From Cenococcum geophilum (taxonomy: Eukaryota): a DNA stretch of 64,000 bases. This document shows positions 1 through 12,202 of this stretch, piece after piece. The number at the start of each line of letters is the position of its first letter. Position 1 is the stretch's first letter. Where the stretch lies: the NCBI GenBank assembly GCA_050273025.1, contig CP158636.1, forward strand, positions 496,001-560,000, in the 5' to 3' direction. The translations under genes were made by a program, and so were the position numbers. The notes below the pieces were generated by a model. The model did not search any database, was not told the origin of the DNA, and was given only the letters and a program-made list of their open reading frames with translations.

Positions 1-3000
1 AACCTCCTATAGTCTCTTTAGTATTTTAATAGGTTATAGCCCTCTATATAGCTTATACCTTATTAGTTTATTCCTTTAGCAATCTAAATATTCTTTTATA
101 ACTTTTTGTACTAAGCCCTAAATTCCGTTAATAATATACTCCTTTTAGAGTTTTAATATTAAGCCTATGGCCCTATTATATCCTTAAGTTAATCTCTTAT
201 AGAAATCTTTTATAAATTACTCTACTATACTTTTTAGGATATACTTTACTTCTTAATTTTTATATATATCTATCTATAGATCTTTTAGCTATACTTTTAG
301 AGTTCTTTATACCTAAAAGCTTTCTAGTAATTTATAAATCCTATCTAGTTCTTTTTAAGTTGCTATAATCTTTAGATAGTTATACCTAATTAATCCGTCT
401 ATATCTTTTTACAGTAAAGCCCCTAATAGCTTTTTATTATTTTATAGTTTAGCTTTATAACTTAGATTATCTACTTATATATTATTTATACCTTTAATAT
501 ACTAAATCTTAAAATAGTATTCTATAAGTATCTCTACCTATCTAACCTATTTTTAGTTAAGTTCTTTTATTATTAAGAATTTTATTAAGTTCTTATAATC
601 TATCTTAACTATAAATAGTTTCTCTATACCTTATAAGAATACTCTTTATTTTTTTAGTGCTATAACTATACCTAATAGCTCCTTATTATAAATATTATAG
701 TTTAACTCTAGTAGTATTATCTTCTAACTATAATATACTACTAGGTACTATCTATTTTAATATTTTTATATAAAGTATACCCCTAGTATATAGTCTAATA
801 TATCTATTTTTATAACTATCTCTAGTCTTAGTTAATAGATCTTAAGAACTGGCTCCTAGGTAAATAATCTTTTAACTTCTTTAAATAATTCTTATTACTC
901 TTTTCTCTATACCTATAATTTTTCTTTCTTTATTAATTACGTAAATAGCTTAATATTCTTTAACTATTACGCTATAAACCTTCTGCAGTAATTATAAAAC
1001 CCTAAAAATAATTTTAACTATATAATATTCTCTAGTGCTTACCAATTTACTATAGCCTTAATATTTTTTAAATCTATATTAAGTTAGCTTAGTTTAATAA
1101 TAAATCTAATAAAATTAGTCTTCCTAGTAAAGAACTTGTATTTCTTAATTACTACTAGCATCTATTCTTTTTGTAGTCTCTTTAAGACCTATTTAATATA
1201 TTCCCTATATTTTTCCTTAGTTATTAAGTAGATAATAATATTGTTAAGATATACTATAATAAATTTATCTAAGTGTTCTCCTAATATATTATTAATATGC
1301 TTTTAGAACGTTGCTAGTGCGTTTATAAGCCCGAATTATATAACTAATAGTTTATATAGTCCTTCCTTTAACCTAAAGGCTGCCTTCTATTTATTACCTT
1401 CCTTAATTCTAATCTAATAGTACGCTTATCTTAAATCTATCTTTATAAAGATTTGCGCATTACCTATTCTGTCTTAGATTTCGCTAATTAAGGGTAAAGA
1501 ATATTTATCCTTTTTAGTAATGCTGTTTAACTATCTATAGTTAATATATAGCCTTAGTTTACTATTTTTTTTAGTATAAATAGTACTAGATAACCTACTA
1601 ATAACTATAATAGTCTAATATATCCCTTTTATAGATTTTTCTAGATAAACTTTTTTAATGCTCTACCTTCCTCTTTAGTAAGCTTATAGATTAAAAAGAA
1701 CCTTAGATTTATTTCTAGTTTTAATTCTATTTTATAGTTCTATACTATATACTTTAATAGCTTTTTACTTTCTAGTAACTATAGTTTCTTATTATACTTA
1801 TAGTATCTCTTTAGTATATAACTTAAGCCTTACTTAGTCTTTTTATATATCGCTCTAACTTAGTACTATACTAACTTAGTTTATTATTATATTTTACGGC
1901 GTTAAGTATCTCTAATATTAACCTAACTCGTAATCTAATTAATTCTTAAATTATATTCCTATAACTAAGGTATTTCTAGTACTGCCTTATTATTCCCTAA
2001 CGGTAATATATTAAAAGATATCTTAATTTATCTCCCTTTAATGGTTAACTAAATAGGTCCTATTTTAAGGTTAATAATACCTTTTTTATAGGCTATTAGA
2101 TCTCCTAAAATCGTTACTAATAGGTAAAGGTACTCCTTTTTCCTATATGGTATTTCTATTCTTTTAACTACTACTAGCAAGATATAGTTCCTTATTACTC
2201 CACTATTTATTAATACCTTAAACTGTTAATCTTACTACTTAACTTATAAATTTAGGTGCCGTCTTTAAATTCCTTTAAGGGTCTAAGGCTTTATTACTAG
2301 TTCCCTTTAGTTTTATAGGCCTCTACTTTTCCTAACTATTAGCTGCTTAATCCTATTTATATTTAATCTATTTTTAGCTAATACTTAGTTTACTTTTTGT
2401 CTTTAATATACTATAAATACGTATTCTTTAGGCACTTCTACTACTATTATTCGTCTAGGCATTCTTCCGTAAGGAATTTTCCTAACTAAAGTATTAAGTC
2501 CCCTTAGCTTTATACTTCTACTAGGTGCTAACTATATATATACTTAACATTTCTATACTTTGCCTTATCTAATAACTAGTATATCCTTACTAAGTACTTC
2601 TAGTTTTTATCCTTTAGTGCTCTATATATATTATACGCATTATCTATATACGCAATTTATACCAATATATAATATGCTTAGTATTTTAGGTTAACTCTTA
2701 GCTTATCTTTATTCTTAAGTTTAAACCTCTCTTATATTAATCTAAGCGTTGCGACTTTACTTATAGGTACTATAATTTACCTCTCGCTTCTCCAGTCCTC
2801 TAATTACTCCTTTAAATCTTTTAACATTATAATTAAGGCTCCTTTAATATAACTTATAGCCTTTTTAGTAATTAGGTGGTCTTAGATAACTTTTTCGTCT
2901 AACTATATATAGAAATCTTCCTACTTATCGTTGTGCCTCTACCTATACTACTTTTAATATAGCTGCTAAAGTGTATACAGCTTATCCGTAAGGAAGTATC

Positions 3001-5749
3001 TTCTTATTACTACGTTATAACAGCCCTTTATATATTGTTCTTTAAATCTAGTTAAAATCCCTAAATTCTCTTCTTGTTCTAGTTTAGTAAGCCACTTAGC
3101 TCTTAGTATGCCTATTCTAGGTCTATTAGTAATTCTTTATATAGGTACTCTATCCCTTATACGACTTAGTATACTAAATCTCTTATCTAGTTTCTAATCT
3201 TGCTATAAGGCGATTCTTACTCTAAATTCCTCTATAGTTTCTTTCTTTTTACGTCTTATAAGTAAATCCTTAAAGCCGTCTTACTTCTTAATTTTAATAT
3301 TAACTCTTTAATCTTTAGGCTAAATACTACACTCTCCTAGTAAGTCTTTTAGGTCTATATATTTGTCTTTTAATCTAACCGCTGTTTATACTATAGATTC
3401 TCTAATTTATAAAGAAGCTCCTTACTTCTTACCTATAGGTGTCCTTATTTATACTCCAAATTCTTAGTCCCTTAGATTCTTTAATCCTAAGCTCGCTTCT
3501 AACTTAAGCTTAGCTCCTACCTTAGTTTAACTAGGCTTAGGTGTTCTTATCTCGTCTTAAGAGTCTTAAATCTTACTTATTTTATTTTAAGAGTCTTATA
3601 CCTATAGGAAACTTTATCCTAAGCTTATTTATATATCTTTAAACTAAGCTATTACTCTGCTCTATCGGTTATTGTTTATTATAGGTCCTTAAGCTTGCCT
3701 TATCTTGTCTTAAGAATCTTAGTTATCTCTTATCTCTTCTTAAAAATCTTAAGCCTTTGGCCTTTTACCTTTATTAAGTACCAAAGTAGTTCGCTATTCT
3801 ACTTCTCTTATATCTTGTAAAGTAATAGATATTATATCTAGTAGGGTCTTAATCTCTATTAATATTCCCTATTTTATAGTGGAATTATCCTCTACCTCTA
3901 GTATAATATCTCTAAGGTCTATACGTTCCTAGTAAACTGCCTTTATTACCTTATTGTTATAAAATGTTTTACCTATATTGAATTTATTATCCTTAATATC
4001 CGATCTATAAACCGGTTCGTTAGTTCCTTTATACTTTATAAATTTTAGCTTTTATAGCTAATAGCTTACGCCGTACTTAGCGTCTTTATAAATTTAGCAT
4101 ACATTATTATAACAAAACGCGAAACTTCTAATTAAACATTCCTTTATTCCTTGCAGTATACTATTATCCCTCTATACATATATATTATCTACTATTAGTT
4201 TAGTTCCCTTTATTACATAGTAACTCTAACTATCTTTATAATCCCTTATAAAGTAACCTTATTTCCCGTAATTTATATAAGCTCTATTTTTAAACTATTA
4301 ACTTTGCTATAGAGTCCGCCTAAACGTCTTCTACTACTAAGATCCCTGGTTTAGCCTCTATTCCTTAGTCCTATAATTACTAGATCCTTAACCTCTAGGT
4401 TTTTATAGTTCCTTACTCTATCTCTTATAGGCTTCTTTAGTACTACTTAGGTCTATTAGCTCTGCGCCATACTATAGTTTTTAACTTAGCTTTAGTTATT
4501 ACGTACTCTGCGCCTTATACAACTATAGAACTCTATCCTAACCTCTCTTAGTTTGTTCCCTTTAGTAGATCTAATTATTAATTTTAATTACCTAATTTAT
4601 TAATTCCCGTAGGGTATCCGCATCTTCTATTAGGATAATTACGTCCTAAACTTTAGCCTTAAGTCCCTATTTATACTATGCTATAAGCGCCCTATTATTC
4701 CACTTAACTTATATTACTAGCGTCTAAAACTGCGTTATGTATTTAATTACTAAGGTTCGTTATATAATGTCTTAAAGTTTTTTTTCCGCTATAGTTACTG
4801 CCTCTAGGTCTCTAAATATTTATATAAGTCGTTCTATAAATTTATTCTAGCTTAAGAACATAAACCGTACCTCTTAGTTTGTAGTTATTATTCTATTTAC
4901 CTAGATTTCTATAAGGTAAGGCTTAAACTATTTAAGTACTCTTCCTAATAAGAATAATCCTGCATACACTATTTGATCTATAGGTATTACCAGCTTAGCT
5001 TCTTCTTGCGCGACCTTAAAGTGCATTTATATAAGGAATCCCTTAAGCTTTAATCTCTCGCCCAAGAATCTTTTAATTGATAATAATTTAACCTTTGCTG
5101 CGCCTATTCTATTAATCCTAGTTTTAAGTACTACGTTATTTTCCGTTAACTAGTTAACTATCTCTTATAGTTATCTAACCGTTACAGGTTGCTATAAGTT
5201 AGTATCTACTATACTAGTGTCACCTAACCTTAAAGTAGTTGCCGCCGTTAATAGCGTTATAGTGGCTGCTTTTAGTAGTATATTATTTAACTTTCTATGC
5301 TTAATACCGTAACTAGGTAGTGATTATATAAGGGAACCTTATAGTAGGTACTACGATAGGCTTATTATTGGGCTAGGTGTATAGGTAATATAAGGTAAAG
5401 TTAACAATATAATAATAACTAGTAGAGTAGTTGCCTAATAGATTAACTTTAATTATATTCTAAGAATTACTATAAGGAAGGAACTATCTAGGTAGGGACT
5501 AAGGATCCTTAAATATATAACCGTACTCCTATAAAATCCTTCTTATACGTAATATACGTCTTATATATAAGGTACGTAAGTTCCTCTTATTCCTTTCGTT
5601 TAATACGTAGCATATTATATAACCTTAGTTACTATTCCTCATTATATAGTTTTACCGGCTCTATCTTAAACTGTGCCTAAATTAACCAACTAGCTTCTTT
5701 TGACTCTTCTCTAAGTAGTCGTAATATCGTACTTAAAGCGTCCGTAATA
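1..5749 (-). mobile_element. Gypsy/Ty3 LTR retrotransposon family A, copy 1 (5' LTR, gag, part of pol; runs off window start), RIP-degenerated
   Basis: Minus strand reads the RIP-mutated RT motif YLD(N)IIIY near 1230-1255 and FGLTNAP-like near 1310-1340. It is colinear with 57200-62043. LTR at 5327-5749. Confidence 0.9.
5327..5749 (-). repeat. 5' LTR of Gypsy A copy 1 (~423 bp)
   Basis: Reverse complement of the LTR at 9435-9858. Same sequence and orientation as 37551-37972 and 43620-44040. RIP-altered TG..CA ends. Confidence 0.9.
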
Positions 5750-6744
5750 ATTAGCAAAAAAAGTATAAAAGAGAATAAAAAAGTACTATAATACTAAGAG
5801 ATCTAAGAGACTAGATCTTAAGGAGGGAGATAAAGTGTAGCTACTATACAAAAATTTTAAGAGTTAATAACTAAGTAAAAAGCTAGACTATGTTAGACTA
5901 GGACCTTTTAAAATTAAGTAAAAAATTTTATTAGTTATATCTAAGTTAAACCTACCAGCTAAAACAAAGATCTACCCTATATAGTATATTATAACGCTAG
6001 AGCTAATATACGGGAATATTAAGCTATTAGTTTACGAAGTAAACACGTATAGAGGATAAGAGGCAGATAAATAATAAGTTTTAAAGATTGTTAGTTATAA
6101 GGACGTTAATAATAAAATATAGTACGAGGTAAAGTAAATAGGCTATAATAAGTGTTGGACTCACAAGGGGATATTACGTAGCTACGGTTCGTAGATAGTA
6201 TAATAATTGTTCTTCTTGTTTATTTAATTAGAATAAGGAAAGGGGTAAGGAACTTAAGGTTCCTCACCACGCTAGGGCCACGTCGACACGTGACGACCGC
6301 TTACCTTATTCCCGACACTAGCAACTCTTCTTTTATAGTTGCCATCTCTATACACTTATAGATTGCCACTATATAAAGATATAAAGCTAAGGAGAAGAAG
6401 AAGATAAAGAAGGACGTTAGGTTTAACGAGAATACAAAGGGAGTCGCTAAGGCGCTAGTAGTAAGCGAGCCAATAGCGATTTTCCATCCTAGGGATAGAA
6501 AATCCTAATTGGCTAGCAGAAGTTAGGGTCGGCAGAGTATGGTAGGAATTTGGCAGGTAGTACGCCCTAGGAAACTATGTTATTAAAATAGGGTTGCGGA
6601 GCTAGCGGAGCGTAACTAGATACGGCTAGCTTGAGCAAATAGGAATAATAGTCGACCAATAGAAATGCTCTTAAATTGCCTTTGTCATCGCATCTACCGG
6701 GTTATCTTAGTTACTAATCCATTAAATCCCAAAGAGTTCTTAAT

Positions 6745-7075
6745 GCTCTACGAGGACCTCTATAAGAACCTCTGCGAGGACCTCCATAAGGACCTCCACA
6801 AGGACCTCTATAAGGACCTCTATAAGGACCTCCATAAGGACCTCCATAAGGACCTCTATAAGGACCTCTATAAGGACCTCTACAAGGACCTCTATAAGGA
6901 CCTCTACGAGAGCCTCTATAAGGACCTCTATAAGGACCTCTATAAGGACCTCTACTAGGACCTCTACCAGGACCTCTACGAGGACCTCTGCAAGGACCTC
7001 TATAAGAGCCTCCATAAGGACCTCCACAAGGACCTCTATAAGAACCTCTATAAGGGTCTCCACGAGAACCTCCAT
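6745..7075 (-). repeat. 12-bp tandem array (aggacctctata variants); reads as RGGP repeats of gag on the minus strand once RIP is reversed
   Basis: About 27 copies. The minus-strand unit cgtggaggtcct matches the single tgtggaggtcct before the Cys motif in the full Copia gag (~46828). Confidence 0.75.
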
Positions 7076-7169
7076 TAGTGCTTTATAGCCAATATTAATC
7101 GTACCCTCTGCCGTATTCCAATTCCCTACTAAACTTCTCCTGATTTTGCGGTGGTAATGTAGATCTAGG

Positions 7170-7530
7170 TTATTGCGGAGGTTGTTACGGAGATTGCTGC
7201 GGAGATTGCTGCAGATATTGCTACGGAGGTTACTACGGAGATTGCTGCGGAGGTTACTACGGAGATTACTGCGGAGGTTACTACGGAGATTACTGCGGAG
7301 GCTGCTGCGATGGATACAGAACTAAAGACAGAGGTGGATACTGGGGAACTAAAGACGGAGGTGGAAGCGATGGCTGCGGAACTAAAGACGGAGGTTGTTG
7401 CGGATATTGCTGCGGAGGTTATGGTTGCTGCGGAGGTTCTTTTAGAGATTGCTGCGGAGGTTGTGGTTGCTATAGAGGTTGCTTCGGAGCTTGTTGCGGA
7501 GCTTGATGCGGAGCTTGTTGCGGAGCTTAA
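7170..7530 (-). repeat. 12/18-bp tandem repeats (gcggagattgct variants), Gln/Pro/Ser-rich gag segment
   Basis: Minus-strand unit cagcaatctccg = QQSP / QQPP. Lies inside the 6153-8613 element. Confidence 0.65.
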
Positions 7531-8729
7531 GGTATAGGTTGAGATACGGCAGCCTAAGGAACTTAAGGTGTTTGATAGCCTAAGGTTGTTTATAGTGTTG
7601 CTTATAGCTATCCGCTATTAGGATTCCCTTAAGAGTTAAACCTCTTTTAGTGCTTAATCTCTTATAGAGTCCATTCGTGCTCTTCTTCTGCGTTAAGGAC
7701 TTACTGAATATTATCTCTAATAGTACCCCCATTTATAGGGACAAATACTCCTTTCTCCTAAAGGAAGTCTCGAAAATCTTAAATAATATAAATATTACTA
7801 AGTGCCTAGGTGTTAGCAGTCTATCCTATAAAATCCTCCCTAAAATATTCCTATAGCTATAAATCGGCGTAGTATCTACTTTAGTAAAATAGAATATGGT
7901 ATAGGAGAAAGCCGTTAACTTATTTTACGGTACAAGTTATTATATTAAGGGTAAATTTATCCTAATTTTCGTTAATAAGTTTCGCGTATATAGCTACCCC
8001 TAGTAGTAAGGAGTCTCTCTAGTTATTTAGAATAGCTATAGTTATATCTTCGGAGGGAGGGAGATATTATTAGTATAGGGATTGTCGTCTAGTACGCGTT
8101 CGTGATATATATTTATTATTTGGTACACATTTATCGTTTAATACGCGTTTAGATATATATTTGCGATTATAGGGCTTAGAACTAGTTCTAGCCTTAAATT
8201 GCGAAAACTTATAAAGCGTGTTATTCTGCGTAATAGACGTAAGAATCTATAATCTAGGGAAGGCTTAGGACTAGTTCTGGCCTTTAGATTTTTAGATTTA
8301 TAGAAGAGTTCTATTTAAGGTTTAGGACCAGTTCTAACCTTAAAAGATAGCTTCCTTTAGCACGAGTAGCACTAGTATAATAGCTCGTCTCTTCTTAGTG
8401 AAAACCTAGCTGTTTTGTGGTATAACTGTAAAGTTAACCACTAATTAGTGTTGGACTTATAAGGGGATATCACGTAGCTACGGTTCGTAGATAGTATAAT
8501 GATTGTTTTTCTTGTTTATTTAATTGGAATAAGGAAAGGGGTAAGGAACTTAAGGTTCCTCACCACGCTAGGGCTACGTCGACACGTGACGACCGCTTGC
8601 CTCATTCCCGATAATAAGACTACCTAGAAACTACTAGAAAATTAAAAAAACGCTATAGGAAAGGTATAGAAGTATTAAAAAAGATTAGGTTAGGTAGCAT
8701 TAATAAAGAAGAATTGCTAAAAAAATAAG

Positions 8730-9326
8730 TCACCTAAGGGGGACCTAAGAAGAGCAGTTGCCGAGCTACTTAGATCTATTTCCTTCTCGGCTAGAAGAGA
8801 ATCCGTTTTTTTATTACTAAGTTCCTATAGACCCTATTCTATAAGTTTCTACTCCTTAAAATAGACCTTTTTATAACCCTTTTTAAGACGGATTAACCGA
8901 GCGGACGCCGTAAGATAAGACTTAAAGGCCCGTTACTAAGCATTAGCAGCCTCCTATTCTGCGTTATAAGAATGGTATAACTCCGCTAGAGTAACAGACA
9001 GTTTATTATCTAGCTGTGTAGCAGTAGATTAAATATAAAACCTTAAGATAAATTAATTAGGGAACTAGACGACTATTAAGAGTAATAGGTTATATATATT
9101 TAGTATTAAAGACGGAGTAAATATTATAGGATGAATAAATATTCGCTTTAGTGCACTTTAAATAAGAGGACGGTTGTTGCGAAGATAGGTTCGCTAATAT
9201 AATATAAATTAACCCCTCTTTTAAATAACGAGAATATAAAGACGGTATAATCTCACTAAGAGATAATATTATAGCAATAGTGCGAATACAACGAATAGTC
9301 GAAGAGGAAGAAATTGCTTTAGGTAT
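8730..9326 (-). pseudogene. Antisense accessory gene of Gypsy A (Zn2Cys6-like + coiled coil), copy in element 2
   Basis: ORF track 9090-9335 gives IPKAISSS..PSLYSRY..LIY..SSYLKCTKAN..SSY, with Tyr at the Cys positions (TGT>TAT RIP). Homologous to 38081 and 44149. Confidence 0.65.
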
Positions 9327-9434
9327 AATAAACAATAGTATTAACTAAATTAATTAGATAGATATTATACCTTTAATAAATAACTTAGAGATATTAGAAA
9401 TCTTTAAGGATAAAGATAAAGAGGAGGGAAATAG

Positions 9435-9858
9435 TATTACGGACGCTTTAAGTATAATATTATAACTACTTAGGGAAAAGTCAAAAGAAGCTAGTTAGTT
9501 AATTTAGGTATAGTCTAGGATAGAGCCAATAAAGCTATATAACGAGGAACGGTAACTAAGGTTATATAATATAATTTATATAATCTATAGGATCTATATA
9601 ATCCGCGATAGAGTAAATAGAGTAAACGTATATTATATATAAGAAGGATTTTATAGGAGTACGGTTATGTATTTAAGGACCCTTAATCCCTACCTAGATA
9701 GTTCCTTCCTTATAGTAATTCTTAGAATATAATTAGAGTTAATTTATTAGGCAACTACTCTACTAGTTATTATTACATTGTTAACTTTAACTTATATTAC
9801 CTACACACCTAGCCTAATAACGAGCCTATTATAGTACCTGCTATAAGGTTCCGTTACA
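9435..9858 (+). repeat. 3' LTR of Gypsy A copy 2
   Basis: Starts tattacggacgc, ends ccgttaca, preceded by a PPT. Confidence 0.9.
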
Positions 9859-11200
9859 CTTAGTAGATATAGCGGTATATACGCGGTCTATAATAAAGTA
9901 TAAGCTCTTAAAAGACTTTTTACTTCCTTACTTAACGTATTTTTGTTATACGATACGCTACCTATACCTGCGGTATAGGCTAGAGAGCTTATAAGGTATT
10001 CTAACCGACAGTCCGTCTAGTTATAAGACACTACTACTACCTTTTTAGAGGTTTGTATGGCTAGGTAGGTTGGGCTTAGGTATAATAATATGTCTCGTAA
10101 CTACCTAGAGGTTAGTGTTTATCTAGTATAGGGTTAAATATTTATAAGTATAGGACAGCCTAAGCGACTACACTCTTTGTAGTCGAGTGTAGGGTATTGT
10201 ACGTGCTTGCTAGAGGTCACCTTATTAAGCTTAATACGCTAGCTAGGGTGCTAGTGAACGCCTTACAATTATAGCTAGGGTGCTACGGGCAGCTTACGTG
10301 CTCTGTAGCCAAGACCACTTAGCAAAAGGCTAGCCATTTATTATAGTTTAGGCGCCTAAGGATATGCGCCTTAGGAGGGGGTGTAGTTATTATACAATAC
10401 GCTACCTATACCTATAGTATGGGTTAGAGAGCTTATAAGGCATTCTAACCGGCAGTCCGTCTAGTTGCGAGACACTACTACTACCTTTTTGGAGGTTTGT
10501 ATGGCTAGGTAGATTAGGCTTAGGCATAATAATTTTTTAATAATTAATAGATCTAGCTAGTTAATTAATATCCGTACTATATTAATATTATTTTAAAAGC
10601 CCGCTAACTCTTTAACAGTCTTAAATATTATATTATTAAGCGTTTTAGTATAAGTAAACTAAGGCCTCTACCCTAATAACGATTGCACTTTTTATAGCTA
10701 AGTATATAAACTCCGGAATAAACCCCCCTAATTAGCTATAAGATATATTATATTAATTACTACTAAGCTAACGTATACGCGAAAGGTGGGATTAGTAAGG
10801 GTTTTATAAAACCTTTTACTAACTAATAGCTTTAGTAATATTAAAATATAGGTATATACTATATTGCGGATTTCCCATAAAAGATATATAGATATTACCT
10901 TAGCGTATATATAAACTAGCCTTATTTTAAAAAGCTCCTTAATCTTTACCTTCTACTTTATACTAATTATATTAAGTAGTAAGATAATAATTACTACTAA
11001 GGCCTAAAGAAGATATAGTATTACTTATATTGTAACCGACTACTAGACCCTATTTTACTAGCGTTAGCACTACCCTTATATATTTCGGATATAGTTAAAA
11101 TAAGTTATAGACTTTGGAGTTTAGGGGTCTATCTTTATATATTTATATTACTTAATGCCCGCGAAGCCCTACTATATACATCTACGTCGCCACAGGTGGA
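9859..11200 (-). pseudogene. RecQ-like SF2 helicase remnant (possibly AcademH-type), interrupted by a TRIM and cut by the Gypsy LTR
   Basis: With RIP reversed, the minus strand gives a KTGSG-like Walker A (~11040-11065), VVIIILPLN, LVSPELLVS and VGLVVID..HL.ANWG (~10725-10775). It is frameshifted. Confidence 0.65.
9944..10531 (+). mobile_element. TRIM (588 bp; 144-bp LTRs at 9944-10087 and 10388-10531)
   Basis: TSD ATTTT at 9939-9943 and 10532-10536. PPT aggagggggtgtag before the 3' LTR. 300-bp non-coding interior. Confidence 0.9.
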
Positions 11201-12202
11201 AACATTATTAGGAAATCGTTCCTTTTAATGGCTAAGTGTAGAGGCGATGGTAGGGAGCCGTCGTAGCGCGTGTAGTGCGCTGTTGTCGCGGTTCTGTAGT
11301 GTTAAGCCTGCGACGCGTACAAAGCATCGCCCTTAATAACACTAGGAGTCCTACTGCCCCTACCTAGAGCTCCTACTCTACTATCTAGGGGGGCTATTAA
11401 GGGAAACTAGGATATGAAAACTACCTAATATATAACTACCTGGCTTGTAGCTAGGCCTAAAACTGGCCTTATTTAGCTAGTTAATATAGACGCGACCTAG
11501 ATATATAATAGGACACCCTTAGGCTTGCACTAGCTCTAAGACCGTAAAGAAATACGGCGAGGGTGTAGGAAACCTCTGCTTATAAGAACTTATTAAGGTT
11601 AACGCGTTATAAAATTATATAAAACTTATTAAGGCCCCAAGGCTACCGCGAAGAACTTATTAAGGCCCTGCCCAGAGAACTCGTTAAGGCCCCTCTATAA
11701 GGGCCTATCTGGTATCTAACACCTAGGTGACTTAAAAGAGGGTCTTAATAGGCGTAGTGCGCGCGACCTAGACGACAGACGCGATAGCGACGTAATAGCG
11801 ACGCGACGGCAACTAGACGGCTTAACGAGGTGGAAATATAGGCAAAGCTCTAGGTAGCGGAAATATAGGCCAGCTTTGACGGCCCTATAGCGTTTAACTA
11901 GGTGACTTATAGGAGGGTTTTAATAGGCGTAGTATACGTAACCTAACGCGTATTATATAGGGGAGGCTTTAAGGAAATATAGGCCAATTAGACGAGGACT
12001 TAATAGTTAAAAATATAGGCTAGCTTATAAAAAGGGGGGACATAAGCTTAGTTAGTAGGAGGGGGGGAAGTAGGTCGTTTAGTGCGGGATCTAGTATCTC
12101 TACGGCCCCCCTTCTATAAGACACGGTCGGCCTATTATAAGGAGACTCTTATAGGCAACGCGAAACAGGAACCTCCTATAGGGCGTAGTACGTAGTAGCC
12201 AC

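Larger units (their letters stand above)
6153..8613 (-). mobile_element. Non-autonomous, internally deleted Copia derivative (~2.46 kb, ~165-bp LTRs)
   Basis: Direct repeats 6153-~6317 and ~8449-8613. 5-bp TSD ATAAG at 6148-6152 and 8614-8618. LTR and adjacent sequence match the Copia at 44894-50984. Retains gag plus only the RNase H tail (..I*WISN*DNPVDAMTK). Confidence 0.88.
5750..9858 (+). mobile_element. Gypsy A copy 2, 3' part (integrase C-terminus, chromodomain, 3' region, PPT, 3' LTR), interrupted by 6153-8613
   Basis: Reads ..LKEGDKV*LLYKNFKS..SKKLDYVRLGPFKI.. and chromodomain-like YEVK*IGY..TT*. Purine tract gaggagggaaatag precedes the LTR at 9435-9858. Confidence 0.88.

Noticed and set aside
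6665..7537. ORFs LYKDLYKD.., EVLIEVL.. and AAEV.. as repeat proteins
   Set aside because: They are alternative-frame readings of RIPed gag tandem repeats inside the 6153-8613 element.
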